Source: a virus
IMG/VR virus record: IMGVR_UViG_3300048918_000145
Direction: 5' to 3' (one strand)
Length of the DNA: 41,968 nucleotides
Of this stretch, positions 21,071 through 29,260 are shown one piece after another. Within the stretch, counting starts at the first letter, position 1. Each line of letters opens with the position of its first letter. A program made the translations under genes and the position numbers. The notes below the pieces were generated by a model. It was not told where the DNA came from, did no database searches, and saw only the letters and a program-made list of their open reading frames with translations.

Positions 21071-21754
21071 ATGGCCGAAGCGCCCCGCACCGAACAGTTC
21101 ATTATCAAGCGCCGCTGGTTCACCAGCCTGCCGCAAATTGAAGTCACCATCGCCTGTGAGATCGACGCGCTTCCTGGCGTCAAGCTGGGCCTCGCCCTCA
21201 AGGCGGCTTTCAAGAGCGGTGCCGACCTGCGCGGTGCCGACCTGAGCGATGCCGACCTGAGCGGTGCCGTCCTGAGCGGTGCCGACCTGAGCGGTGCCGT
21301 CCTGAGCGGTGCCGACCTGCGCGGTGCCGTCCTGAGCGGTGCCGACCTGAGCGTTGCCGTCCTGAGCGGTGCCGACCTGAGCGATGCCGACCTGAGCGGT
21401 GCCGACCTGCGCGGTGCCGACCTGCGCGGTGCCGTCCTGCGCGGTGCCCCCAAAATCGAAAACATCCACCAAGCGGTTTACGCCGCCGCCTCTGAAGATG
21501 GCGCGCTCGACATGAGCACATGGCATCACCCCTGCGGCACGACCCACTGCCGCGCGGGTTGGGTCACGACGTTGGCCGGCCCGGAAGGCAAGGCGCTGGA
21601 GGACCGCGTCGGCACTTCGGCGGCTGCGACGCTGATCTACCTCGCCAGCGACCCTGAGCTTGATCGCATCCCGAAGTTCTACGGCGATAACGCGTCCGCC
21701 ATGGCCGACATGAAGCGCTTGGCTGAAGCCGAAGCCGCAAAGGCGGTGCTGTGA
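21071..21754 (+). CDS. Pentapeptide-repeat protein with a Cys/His-containing C-terminal domain (227 aa)
   Basis: ATG 21071 after GGGAACGAGA. About 15 consecutive A(D/V)L(S/R)G pentapeptides, then ..MSTWHHPCGTTHCRAGWVTTLAG... Confidence 0.85.
   Translation: MAEAPRTEQFIIKRRWFTSLPQIEVTIACEIDALPGVKLGLALKAAFKSGADLRGADLSDADLSGAVLSGADLSGAVLSGADLRGAVLSGADLSVAVLSGADLSDADLSGADLRGADLRGAVLRGAPKIENIHQAVYAAASEDGALDMSTWHHPCGTTHCRAGWVTTLAGPEGKALEDRVGTSAAATLIYLASDPELDRIPKFYGDNASAMADMKRLAEAEAAKAVL
21218..21448. repeat. Tandem 15-bp coding repeat (GGTGCCGACCTGAGC and 1-2 nt variants), about 15 copies
   Basis: Read directly. Units differ only at gac/gtc, agc/cgc, ggt/gat/gtt positions. In frame with the pentapeptide gene. 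Confidence 0.9.
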
Positions 21755-21993
21755 TGGCCTTCGACTTCCACACCGCTGCTGAGATTATGTCGCCGCTTCC
21801 GACCAAGCGCGAGATCGTCAACACCGTCGTCCACACGCAGGAAGCCTGCCTGTTCGGCGAAGACATCATCGTCGTGAAGATGGAGCCCTGGGTCGAAGTT
21901 TCGGGGCCTGATGGCTCTGTCCGCCTTCACCGTGCGGAATGGCAGGCCATCATGCGGGCTGCGTCCGTCATGCGCCGGGATGAGGTGGCTTAG
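21754..21993 (+). CDS. Hypothetical protein (79 aa)
   Basis: ATG 21754 overlaps the upstream TGA (GTG 21751 alternative). Confidence 0.6.
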   Translation: MAFDFHTAAEIMSPLPTKREIVNTVVHTQEACLFGEDIIVVKMEPWVEVSGPDGSVRLHRAEWQAIMRAASVMRRDEVA

Positions 21994-22185
21994 ATGCCCG
22001 CCCCCTTCTCCACCTACAGCGCGCGCGAAGGCAAAGTCTTCCGCAACGACATCTACATGCCCCTCGATCTCGCCATTCGGATGCACAGCATCTTCGACGG
22101 CAACGAGTGGTCGCAGCCGATTGCCGACGAGCTGTGCGCCGCCATCAGCGAGGCTCGGGCTTATCAGGAAAGTGATGCGGCGTGA
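21994..22185 (+). CDS. Hypothetical protein (63 aa)
   Basis: ATG immediately after the upstream TAG. Its stop overlaps the next start. Confidence 0.55.
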   Translation: MPAPFSTYSAREGKVFRNDIYMPLDLAIRMHSIFDGNEWSQPIADELCAAISEARAYQESDAA

Positions 22186-23066
22186 GCATGCAATTCCAAA
22201 AGGCCGAACGCCGCAAGGCCAAACTTCGCCTCGCCATCACCGGCCCATCGGGCTCCGGAAAGACCTGGGGCGCGCTGGAAATCGCCAAGGGTCTCGGCGG
22301 CCGCATCGCTGTCATCGACACCGAGCGCGGGTCCGCCTCGCTGTACTCTCACCGCGCCGATTTCGACGTGCTGGAGCTTTCCCCGCCCCATGCGCCGGAA
22401 CGCTTCATTGAGGCTGTCCAGGCCGCTGAAAAGGCTGGCTACGGCGTTTGCATCATAGACTCCGCCAGCCACGAATGGAACGGCGTCGGCGGGTGTCTTG
22501 AGCTTGTCGATCAGGTCGCCGCCGCGAAGTTCCGGGGCAATAGCTGGTCGGCCTGGAACGAGATCACCCCCCGTCACCGCGCCTTCCTTGACGTGCTACT
22601 CCGCTCGAACATGCACATCATCGTCACGATGCGCTCAAAGACCGAGACGGCGCAGACCGAGGAGAATGGCCGAAAGAAGGTCGTCAAGCTGGGTATGAAG
22701 TCCGAGCAGCGCGACGGGATCGAATACGAGTTCACGACGGTCTTGGATCTGACGCACGAGGCCCACTACGCCATCGCGTCGAAGGACCGCACCGGCCTAT
22801 TTGGGGGCGACCCCAGGGTCATCAGCGAGGCAACTGGCGCCCTGCTGTTGGATTGGCTGGAGAACGGCGCCGAACCTGTAGTGAGCGCCCTGGAGCTTGC
22901 TTGCGATCTGCTCCGCTCAGCCAAGACTTCGGACGCGTTCTCCGAAACCTGGACCAAGAACAAGGACGGCTGGAAGACCCTCCTATCCGCCGACGACTAC
23001 GCGGCCCTCGTGGGCGTAATGAAGTCCGAGGCCGCGAAGTTCACTAGCGATCGGGACGCGGCATGA
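22182..23066 (+). CDS. Sak4-like RecA-fold ATPase (AAA_24 family) recombination protein
   Basis: 294-aa ORF. Walker A ITGPSGSGKT. ..CIIDSASHEW.. Walker B-like strand. ..IIVTMRSK....GMKSEQRDGIEYEFT.VLDL... is typical of AAA_24/Sak4. Confidence 0.8.
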   Translation: MSMQFQKAERRKAKLRLAITGPSGSGKTWGALEIAKGLGGRIAVIDTERGSASLYSHRADFDVLELSPPHAPERFIEAVQAAEKAGYGVCIIDSASHEWNGVGGCLELVDQVAAAKFRGNSWSAWNEITPRHRAFLDVLLRSNMHIIVTMRSKTETAQTEENGRKKVVKLGMKSEQRDGIEYEFTTVLDLTHEAHYAIASKDRTGLFGGDPRVISEATGALLLDWLENGAEPVVSALELACDLLRSAKTSDAFSETWTKNKDGWKTLLSADDYAALVGVMKSEAAKFTSDRDAA

Positions 23067-23557
23067 CCGACCTGATCATTGACCGCCCTATCGCCGAACT
23101 CGCCAAGCAAATCCGCGAAATCTGCGGAGACGATGATCAGGCGTTCGTGGATACCCTCGACGGCGAGACGGACACCATCGACGCCGCCCGCCGGGTGGTT
23201 CGATTCCTCGCCGAGACCAACGCCCACGCCGACGCCGCGAAGGGCTTGGCTGACATCTACAAGGGCCGTGAGAAGGTCTTCCGCGACCGTGCAGACCGCA
23301 TCCGCTCCTCGCTACTCAACTTCATGCAGGAGCTTGGGGTAAAGACCCTCCCCCTTACCGAGGCCACGCTTTCGGTGAGTATGGGCCAACCGGAAATCGT
23401 TGGCGAGATCGATGTCGCCAAACTGCCGGGCCATCTTGCCAGGGCGAAGCGCGAACCCAATCGGCCAGCCATTAGAACCGCCCTCCTCAACGGGGAGGAA
23501 ATACCCGGCCTGAGCCTGTCGAACGCCACGCCGCGCCTTTCGGTTAGGATCCGATGA
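23063..23557 (+). CDS. Siphovirus Gp157-like protein (usual partner of Sak4)
   Basis: 164-aa ORF. N-terminal coiled coil. C-terminal ..REPNRPAIRTALLNGEEIPGLSLSNATPRLSVRIR matches the family's ..PDK.AIK.AL..GEE.PGA.L....SL.IR tail (from memory). Confidence 0.65.
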   Translation: MTDLIIDRPIAELAKQIREICGDDDQAFVDTLDGETDTIDAARRVVRFLAETNAHADAAKGLADIYKGREKVFRDRADRIRSSLLNFMQELGVKTLPLTEATLSVSMGQPEIVGEIDVAKLPGHLARAKREPNRPAIRTALLNGEEIPGLSLSNATPRLSVRIR

Positions 23558-23889
23558 TGGTCCATATCCCCGAAGAGACCGTCCAGAAGGCTTTCGACTA
23601 CCTGCGGGATTCCGTCCACGCCAAGAGCCGCGCGGCCTACGAGTTCAGCGAGAAGCAACTGAAGGTCGTTCTCGCTCAGGCCATGCGGAAATCCAACGGC
23701 AAGAGCGTGTCGGAACGAGAGACGGAAGCCCTCTGCTCCCACGAATACCAGATGGCCTTGGAGGCTCATCAGTCGGTCTCGGAACTGTACTTCACCGCGA
23801 AGGACAAGCGCGAGGCGGCGTCCGCGATCATCGAAGGGTGGCGCACGCAGAGAAGCGACGAGAGAGCCGCTGGGAGGGTAGCCGCGTGA
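23554..23889 (+). CDS. Hypothetical helical protein (111 aa)
   Basis: ATGA-type overlap with the upstream gene. No motif recognised. Confidence 0.6.
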   Translation: MMVHIPEETVQKAFDYLRDSVHAKSRAAYEFSEKQLKVVLAQAMRKSNGKSVSERETEALCSHEYQMALEAHQSVSELYFTAKDKREAASAIIEGWRTQRSDERAAGRVAA

Positions 23890-23939
23890 CTCCAGAAAAA
23901 GAGAAAAACCCTAATAATTCTAACCTTAAGGCCGCCTAG

Positions 23940-24293
23940 ATGAAACCCGATGATGTGAAATTTACGCCTGGGCCGTACCTCCGTGACGGTCGCACAGTGT
24001 ACGCGCGGGAGCATCACGGCTGGAACAAGGGCGAGGAGACGTTCCGCAACCGCTTCTCGGCGAACGTTCAGGGCATCCATGCCAGCGACGAAGAGCTAGA
24101 AGCTGTGGCCGCCTTGTTCGCCGCCGCGCCTGCTCTGTACGAGGCGATTAGAGCCCTTATGGATCTGCGGTATCGCGGAATGGATGAAACAGCCATCGCC
24201 CGCGCCTTCGGTGTGGTCGAAATGCTCTGCGTGCGCGATGTCCGAGCCGCCCTCTCCGCCGCCCAACCCCGCGCTGAGGGGGTGGAGCCGTGA
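23940..24293 (+). CDS. Hypothetical protein (117 aa), Ead/Ea22-like C-terminal pattern
   Basis: Preceded by a 50-bp A-rich spacer. ..EELEAVAALFAAAPALYEAIRAL.. resembles the ..ANA.LIAAAPELLEAL.. motif common in small phage early proteins. Confidence 0.6.
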   Translation: MKPDDVKFTPGPYLRDGRTVYAREHHGWNKGEETFRNRFSANVQGIHASDEELEAVAALFAAAPALYEAIRALMDLRYRGMDETAIARAFGVVEMLCVRDVRAALSAAQPRAEGVEP

Positions 24294-24595
24294 CCCTGGA
24301 AACAATCATCGGTGCAATTGACGCGTTATCTTGCGATGGCGTGCGCCTTGGCTGGACGGTTGACGGCAACATATCCGCTTCAGTTCCCGGCGCTGAAATC
24401 AAGTCGCGCTCGGTTCTGCGCGGCGTCACAGGATTCGGGCCCACGGTTGAGGAAGCCCTCCGCGCTCTTTGGCGGAATCTGACGGGCATATCGCCAGCTG
24501 AATACATCGTGATCGGCGCCATGGGGGCAGACCGCCGCGCGGTGCGCTGGAACGGTGTGGCCTGGAAAAGCCAACATGAGGGGCCGTCAGAGTGA
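24290..24595 (+). CDS. Hypothetical protein (101 aa)
   Basis: GTGA overlap with the upstream stop. Confidence 0.55.
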   Translation: MTLETIIGAIDALSCDGVRLGWTVDGNISASVPGAEIKSRSVLRGVTGFGPTVEEALRALWRNLTGISPAEYIVIGAMGADRRAVRWNGVAWKSQHEGPSE

Positions 24596-24921
24596 CCGCC
24601 CTCGAATTGTTCCTCGCGCTCATCGTCGGCCATGCGATCGCTGACTACCCGCTGCAAGGCGACTTCCTGGCCCGCGCCAAAAACCGCACAGCGCCCATCC
24701 CTGGCTTTCCTTGGTGGCAGGCGCTCACAGCTCACGCGGTCATCCACGGCGGCTTTGTCGGCGTTCTGACGGGCATCTGGTGGCTAGGCGTTGCTGAGGC
24801 CGTTGTTCACTTCATTACTGACGACGCCAAGTGTCGCGGCAAGATCGGGCTCAACACTGATCAGGCCGTCCATGTCGCCTGCAAGCTGGCCTGGGTCGCA
24901 GTCTGGGCGGTGACGCAGTGA
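24592..24921 (+). CDS. DUF3307-like integral membrane protein
   Basis: 109-aa ORF. GHAIADYPLQGDFLA..K motif plus 3 hydrophobic segments. Confidence 0.65.
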   Translation: MTALELFLALIVGHAIADYPLQGDFLARAKNRTAPIPGFPWWQALTAHAVIHGGFVGVLTGIWWLGVAEAVVHFITDDAKCRGKIGLNTDQAVHVACKLAWVAVWAVTQ

Positions 24922-25367
24922 TGCGCGCCCTCGAAGCCCACGACGCGGCCATCGCAGCGTCAAAGGCCGACTTCACCGAGGCGACCAGCTCGGCTGCTGC
25001 TGATGCCTGGGAGCGCCTGGAAGCCACAGCCCGCGAGGCAGGTTGGCGCGCAGGCGAAGTCGGCTATCTCGTGCCGTTCGAGCCGGTCAAGGAATTCGCC
25101 CTCCGCCGCAAGGTCGCTGCCCAGGGGGAGGAGATTGAGGTCGCGGTGTACAAGACCGACCAAGCCCGAGGTGTGATGGGCATGATGCAGCGCCGGGCAG
25201 AAGCCGCCGAAGCGGCCTTGGCGGTGGCGGAGAGGGCGCTGGAGCCATTCGCCGTACAATTGGGCCCCGAATACGATGACGGAGAGCCCTTCAGTGCCTA
25301 CTTCAGCGTGAAGGCAATCCGCCGCGCCTTCGAAGCCCTGGCGCAGATCGGGAAGGTGGGAGGATGA
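24918..25367 (+). CDS. Hypothetical protein (149 aa)
   Basis: GTGA/ATG overlap region at 24918-24923. Ala/Glu-rich and helical. Confidence 0.6.
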   Translation: MMRALEAHDAAIAASKADFTEATSSAAADAWERLEATAREAGWRAGEVGYLVPFEPVKEFALRRKVAAQGEEIEVAVYKTDQARGVMGMMQRRAEAAEAALAVAERALEPFAVQLGPEYDDGEPFSAYFSVKAIRRAFEALAQIGKVGG

Positions 25368-25642
25368 GCGCCAAGTTCGACGAGTGGATTCGCGAATTAG
25401 ATGAGGACGTGATCCAGGGCGACTACGGCTACGAGGACGGCGAGTTCACAGTTTACCCGGCGCTTTGGCGCCCGTTGTTCCGTCGCGGTCTCACTCCAAA
25501 AGAAGCGTTCATGCGAGCCCTAGACGCGATGCAAGGGGAACGGGATGACCAGGACGCCGAGCGTAGGGCCAATTGGGATCGCATCCAAGCTGAAGACGCC
25601 AAGTATCGCCCCCTCGCCACCTCGTCGGACGGAGGCGGGTGA
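25364..25642 (+). CDS. Hypothetical acidic protein (92 aa)
   Basis: ATGA overlap with the upstream stop. Confidence 0.6.
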   Translation: MSAKFDEWIRELDEDVIQGDYGYEDGEFTVYPALWRPLFRRGLTPKEAFMRALDAMQGERDDQDAERRANWDRIQAEDAKYRPLATSSDGGG

Positions 25643-25971
25643 TGGGTTCAGACAGCGCCATTAATAACCATCAGGCGAGTGGACGCGAAGACGCGCCATC
25701 ACAGTTGCCGCGCCTTTCTCACGACGAACGGGTGCGGATGTTGGGAGCGAGAGCTGGGGTTATTCAAGCGCTCGTGGTTGTCCGTCGCCAACTCGGCTCA
25801 ATCAAAGATCCTTACAGGCCAATCTCCTCGCACCATGTTCGCAAGTTGAAAGAGCGGGCCGACAAGTGCCGGGGGCTGGAGATTGTGGCTCGCACCTTGG
25901 ATGACATGCAGAAGGGCATTGCGGCCCGACTGAAAGAAGACTCGAACCCCCTCCCCGCGCGGGAGGATTAG
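25639..25971 (+). CDS. Hypothetical protein (110 aa; ATG alternative at 25642)
   Basis: GTGATG overlap with the upstream stop. Confidence 0.55.
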   Translation: MMGSDSAINNHQASGREDAPSQLPRLSHDERVRMLGARAGVIQALVVVRRQLGSIKDPYRPISSHHVRKLKERADKCRGLEIVARTLDDMQKGIAARLKEDSNPLPARED

Positions 25972-25972
25972 G

Positions 25973-26203
25973 ATGGGGAGGGAGAGCGAGAACGTAATTC
26001 AATTCCCGAAGCGCCAGCGACTGCGACAGGTCTCTGCCGAGCGCATCGCCAAGGTGGTCGAGGAGTTATCCAAGCGCAATCTACCGTGCACCGTCCAGTT
26101 GTCCACGGACGGCTCCGCGCTGCTCTTGACCGACCAGGGGGCGACGAAACTCACTTCCGGCAGGAAAGCCGTGAACCCTTGGGACGAGGTTTACGACGAA
26201 TGA
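25973..26203 (+). CDS. Hypothetical protein (76 aa) directly upstream of int (excisionase position; no HTH recognised)
   Basis: Its stop overlaps the int ATG (ATGA). Confidence 0.5.
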   Translation: MGRESENVIQFPKRQRLRQVSAERIAKVVEELSKRNLPCTVQLSTDGSALLLTDQGATKLTSGRKAVNPWDEVYDE

Positions 26204-27261
26204 GCGCCGTGGCGAAGATCGATCTCGAATATGTGCAGGGCTTCAAAGACCGGCACGGCAAGCAGCGGTTCTATTTCCGCCGGCGCGGCTATAAGCGCGT
26301 CGCCTTGAAGGGCGAGCCGGGATCGGTCGAGTTCGCGAAGTCCTATGCGAAGGCCAAAGGCGAAGGCGTTAGGCCCGACAAGGTCGCCAAGGAGGGCCCG
26401 CGATCCATCGGCGCCCTAATCAGCGAATACTACCAGTCGGAGGCCTACCTGCCCCTCGCTACTTCCACCAAGAAGGACTATCGCAACATCCTCGAGCGAT
26501 TTCGCGAGAAGCACGGGACTAAGCCTGTCGCTGATGTCGAGCGCGGCCACATCAACAAAATCCTGCACGGCCTGGCCGCTACGCCCGGCGCCGCCTCGAA
26601 CCTACGGAAGCGACTGCGCGCCATCTTTGATCTCGCGTACGAACTGGACTGGCGCGACGAGCACTCACCGCATCCCGTCGTCACCCCGAAGAAGAAGCGC
26701 GCGCGGTCTGAGAAGACGAAGGGCTTCCCGGCATGGTCGGATGACGAGATCGCCAAGTTCGAGGCGTTCTATGCCTCAGGCACGCGCGAGCGCCTGGCTT
26801 TCGCCCTCCTGCTTTATTCCGCCCAGCGTCGCAGCGACGTGGCCGTGATCGGACGGCAGCATGTCAAGAATGGGCGTATCAGCGTGGCGCAGATCAAGGG
26901 CGATGAGCGGCTGTGGATTCCGATCCATCCGGCTCTGCAAGTCGAGTTGGATAAGGCGCCGAAAGGCGGCCTGGCGTTCGTTCAGAACCAGTACGGCGTC
27001 GCCTTCAGCGCGGCGGGCTTCACCAACTGGTTCGTCGCACAGACACGCGCGGCCGGAATCTTCGATAGGACGCCTCACGGGGTGCGGAAGTCTGCCGCCG
27101 CGCGCCTAGCCGAGGCAGGCTGCGAAGCCTGGGAGGTCGCCGCCATCACCGGCCACCAGACCCTCAAAGAGGTCGAGCGCTATACGAAGAGCGTCAAGCA
27201 GCGGAAGATGGCCGACAGCGCCATGGTGAAGCTGGTGAACGCCTCTGGAACAAAAGTGTAA
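26200..27261 (+). CDS. int: Tyrosine integrase
   Basis: 353 aa from ATG 26200. ..LLYSAQRRSDV.. (Arg I region), ..TPHGVRKSAAARLAEAG.. (H-x-x-R) and ..ITGHQTLKEVERYTK.. (His / catalytic Tyr). Confidence 0.9.
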   Translation: MSAVAKIDLEYVQGFKDRHGKQRFYFRRRGYKRVALKGEPGSVEFAKSYAKAKGEGVRPDKVAKEGPRSIGALISEYYQSEAYLPLATSTKKDYRNILERFREKHGTKPVADVERGHINKILHGLAATPGAASNLRKRLRAIFDLAYELDWRDEHSPHPVVTPKKKRARSEKTKGFPAWSDDEIAKFEAFYASGTRERLAFALLLYSAQRRSDVAVIGRQHVKNGRISVAQIKGDERLWIPIHPALQVELDKAPKGGLAFVQNQYGVAFSAAGFTNWFVAQTRAAGIFDRTPHGVRKSAAARLAEAGCEAWEVAAITGHQTLKEVERYTKSVKQRKMADSAMVKLVNASGTKV

Positions 27262-27452
27262 ACCCGGTGTGTCAAACCGGGCCGCTACCATTGATTATAT
27301 TGAGGAAATCTTGCGCATGGTAGGCCGGCTGGGACTGAAGACGCCTAAGCTTTTCAAGACGATCGGCTGTAAACCTGCTAATATGGCGGGCAAACAAAAT
27401 CAAAGGCTTGGGCGATGAGTGTCAAACCCTTCCCCACCCAAGGAGACGTAGG
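27262..27452. other. Candidate attP region
   Basis: The longest lower-GC non-coding stretch, adjacent to int. GTGTCAAACC occurs at 27269-27278 and 27419-27428, with related GTAAACC at about 27257 and about 27369. Small hairpin CCCGGT (27263-68) / ACCGGG (27276-81). Confidence 0.4.
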
Positions 27453-27677
27453 ATGAGTGAGTGGAAGGACATTTCGAGCGCGCCGCGCGAGGAGCGGTTG
27501 ATCACCGAGCATGAGGGCATCGATGGCGCGTATGAAACCGTGACCATCCTCCACGGCTGCAATTGGTACGCGCCGGGTCCTGATCCCAAGCGTCCGTTTG
27601 TGGGCGGATACTACCTTCCTGTCAGTGCGTGGCCGAAGCGCTGGCGTCCCGCCCCTGTTGCTGGAGACGCATCATGA
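27453..27677 (+). CDS. DUF551-like small protein (74 aa), paralogue 1
   Basis: AGGAGA 6 nt upstream of the ATG. MSEWKDISSAPRE...WPKRWRPAPVAGD shows the W..I..AP start and W.P.P tail typical of DUF551. Confidence 0.65.
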   Translation: MSEWKDISSAPREERLITEHEGIDGAYETVTILHGCNWYAPGPDPKRPFVGGYYLPVSAWPKRWRPAPVAGDAS

Positions 27678-28099
27678 GTGAACCGCGATATCGCATTATC
27701 GTAGAGGGTGCGCTTGATTGCGTGGGAGAAAATGGCACTGGATTTCAATTAGACGAGCAGGAAATTTATCTCACTAGCCAACAGTTGGCCAAATCAACGA
27801 TAGTCCGACTCGATGATGGTGGCGCGGAAATCCCGATACCGTGCGCCTGTCTCGGACCAAACCACGGCGAACCTTTTTGCTCCTGCGTCATGGGTCTAAT
27901 TGAGCGAGGCATCGATAGGACATTTACCTCCCGGCTTGTTAACGATCTCGTCGCGCAGGCTGAGCGGAACGCTATTCTTCGAGCCAAGTCAGTCGTCCAA
28001 CATCTAGACGTGCTCGACGCGAGAACAAAGAAGCCTGGTATCACACCTCGCGATGCTTATGTCGCAGCACTGACGGCGCTTTTAGGAGGAGAATCATGA
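27674..28099 (+). CDS. Hypothetical protein (141 aa), lower-GC cargo
   Basis: ATGA overlap. A hand-counted 60-nt sample (27701-27760) is 50 percent GC. Contains CACLGPNHGEPFCSC. Confidence 0.6.
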   Translation: MSEPRYRIIVEGALDCVGENGTGFQLDEQEIYLTSQQLAKSTIVRLDDGGAEIPIPCACLGPNHGEPFCSCVMGLIERGIDRTFTSRLVNDLVAQAERNAILRAKSVVQHLDVLDARTKKPGITPRDAYVAALTALLGGES

Positions 28100-28548
28100 G
28101 CGCAATCACGGTGACCGTCATTAATCCGTGCTCAATTGGAGAACCCGAGGACGGCGAAGTATCGTGGGTTAATCCATTCGTATTCGAACCAGATAATTCA
28201 TTTCTGGGCGCTACGGCGCGCAAGCCGAAATTGGCAGTTGATGAAGAAACCAATGGCCCGTGGGGCTTCATCGTTCAGCACCGCCACGATGGAACCATGC
28301 TGTTTACACAAGAAGCGATCTCTGCCGTTACCAAATCGGCCGAGTTATACGCTGAACGAGGGGGCGGAGAATGGGCCATTTCGCGAGCCCGCGTGGTCAC
28401 GGTGATCGAGCGTGGAGAGATGCCCTACGGCAAGAACGTGGTTCACATTCTCGAGGCTATTGCCATTTTTGCTCGATGCCTAGCGGCTCCATCTGCCCAG
28501 GAATTTCTGAACATTGCCGAAGCTGCCTACTTGGAAACCACCCATTAG
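28096..28548 (+). CDS. Hypothetical protein (150 aa), lower-GC cargo
   Basis: ATGA overlap with the upstream gene. No motif recognised. Confidence 0.6.
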   Translation: MSAITVTVINPCSIGEPEDGEVSWVNPFVFEPDNSFLGATARKPKLAVDEETNGPWGFIVQHRHDGTMLFTQEAISAVTKSAELYAERGGGEWAISRARVVTVIERGEMPYGKNVVHILEAIAIFARCLAAPSAQEFLNIAEAAYLETTH

Positions 28549-28567
28549 CTATGTGAAGGGATGCGTC

Positions 28568-28861
28568 GTGAGCGAGTGGTTACCGATAGAAATCGCACCG
28601 AACGATGGCACGATCGTCCTGTTGTACGTTCCTGGCGGCGTGCAAGAACGTGTCAGTTTCGATTACGGCCACGTTTCGGAGACGCTAGGCTGCTTCAGCG
28701 CTGCCGAGCGGCAAGCCGCACAGTGGATCAGCATCGAAGCCGTCACCGAATATCACGACTACGGAGGCATGACGGGTATCAGCGTGTGGACAGAGCAGAT
28801 AGCGGTCTCGCCTACCCACTGGATGCCGCTTCCTGCCGCCCCTGTTGCTGGGGGAGAGTGA
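28568..28861 (+). CDS. DUF551-like small protein (97 aa), paralogue 2
   Basis: GTG 28568 after GAAGGGA. VSEWLPIEIAPNDGTIVLL...SPTHWMPLPAAPVAGGE. Its ends mirror those of paralogue 1. Confidence 0.6.
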   Translation: MSEWLPIEIAPNDGTIVLLYVPGGVQERVSFDYGHVSETLGCFSAAERQAAQWISIEAVTEYHDYGGMTGISVWTEQIAVSPTHWMPLPAAPVAGGE

Positions 28862-29175
28862 TGGCGAGTGAGTATGATCGCGCTTTAGCGGCGGCTGTCC
28901 AAGCTCAGAGGGCGCAGTTCTACTGGATATCTGGTCGCGAGGGCGATTCGCTCAGCCCGGAGGAGCACCGAATCCTTGAGGCTGGCCTTTCAGTTGTCCA
29001 TCCGATGATGAACTCGGTGCCGCAGTGCTGGGCGTGGTGGGTCGGCCGTCTTGCCATGCGCGGGTTGCTTCGTCGCTCAGCGGCGAACGAGTATGTCCCC
29101 ACGATCGAGGGCCGCAAGGCGTATCTCAGTTACGGGTGGCCGCTAGTCCCGACGACTGATGCGCCCCTCCCCTAA
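28861..29175 (+). CDS. Hypothetical protein (104 aa)
   Basis: ATG 28861 overlaps the upstream TGA. The longer track ORF (28561) overlaps the DUF551 gene out of frame. Confidence 0.55.
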   Translation: MASEYDRALAAAVQAQRAQFYWISGREGDSLSPEEHRILEAGLSVVHPMMNSVPQCWAWWVGRLAMRGLLRRSAANEYVPTIEGRKAYLSYGWPLVPTTDAPLP

Positions 29176-29260
29176 CCGCTCCACCTTCTGGCTCATCGCC
29201 GCGATTTGTATGACGCTCACGGCCATTGTCGGAACCGCCCTCCACCGCTAGCCGTAGGAG

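Noticed and set aside
21020-21547. Repeat array considered as CRISPR, and the antisense ORFs full of GTAQV / SAPLR repeats
   Set aside because: The 15-bp units are contiguous with no spacers and are in frame with a canonical pentapeptide-repeat protein on the plus strand. The antisense ORFs are by-products of the repeat.
23890-23939. 50-bp A-rich spacer (ccagaaaaagagaaaaaccctaataattctaacc) as an internal promoter
   Set aside because: No recognisable -35/-10 pair at proper spacing. Noted only as an unusual AT-rich gap in an otherwise coupled operon.
26086-26199. N-terminal extension of the integrase ORF (391-aa version)
   Set aside because: The extension overlaps the upstream 76-aa gene in another frame. 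ATG 26200 forms an ATGA junction and starts a typical integrase N-terminus.
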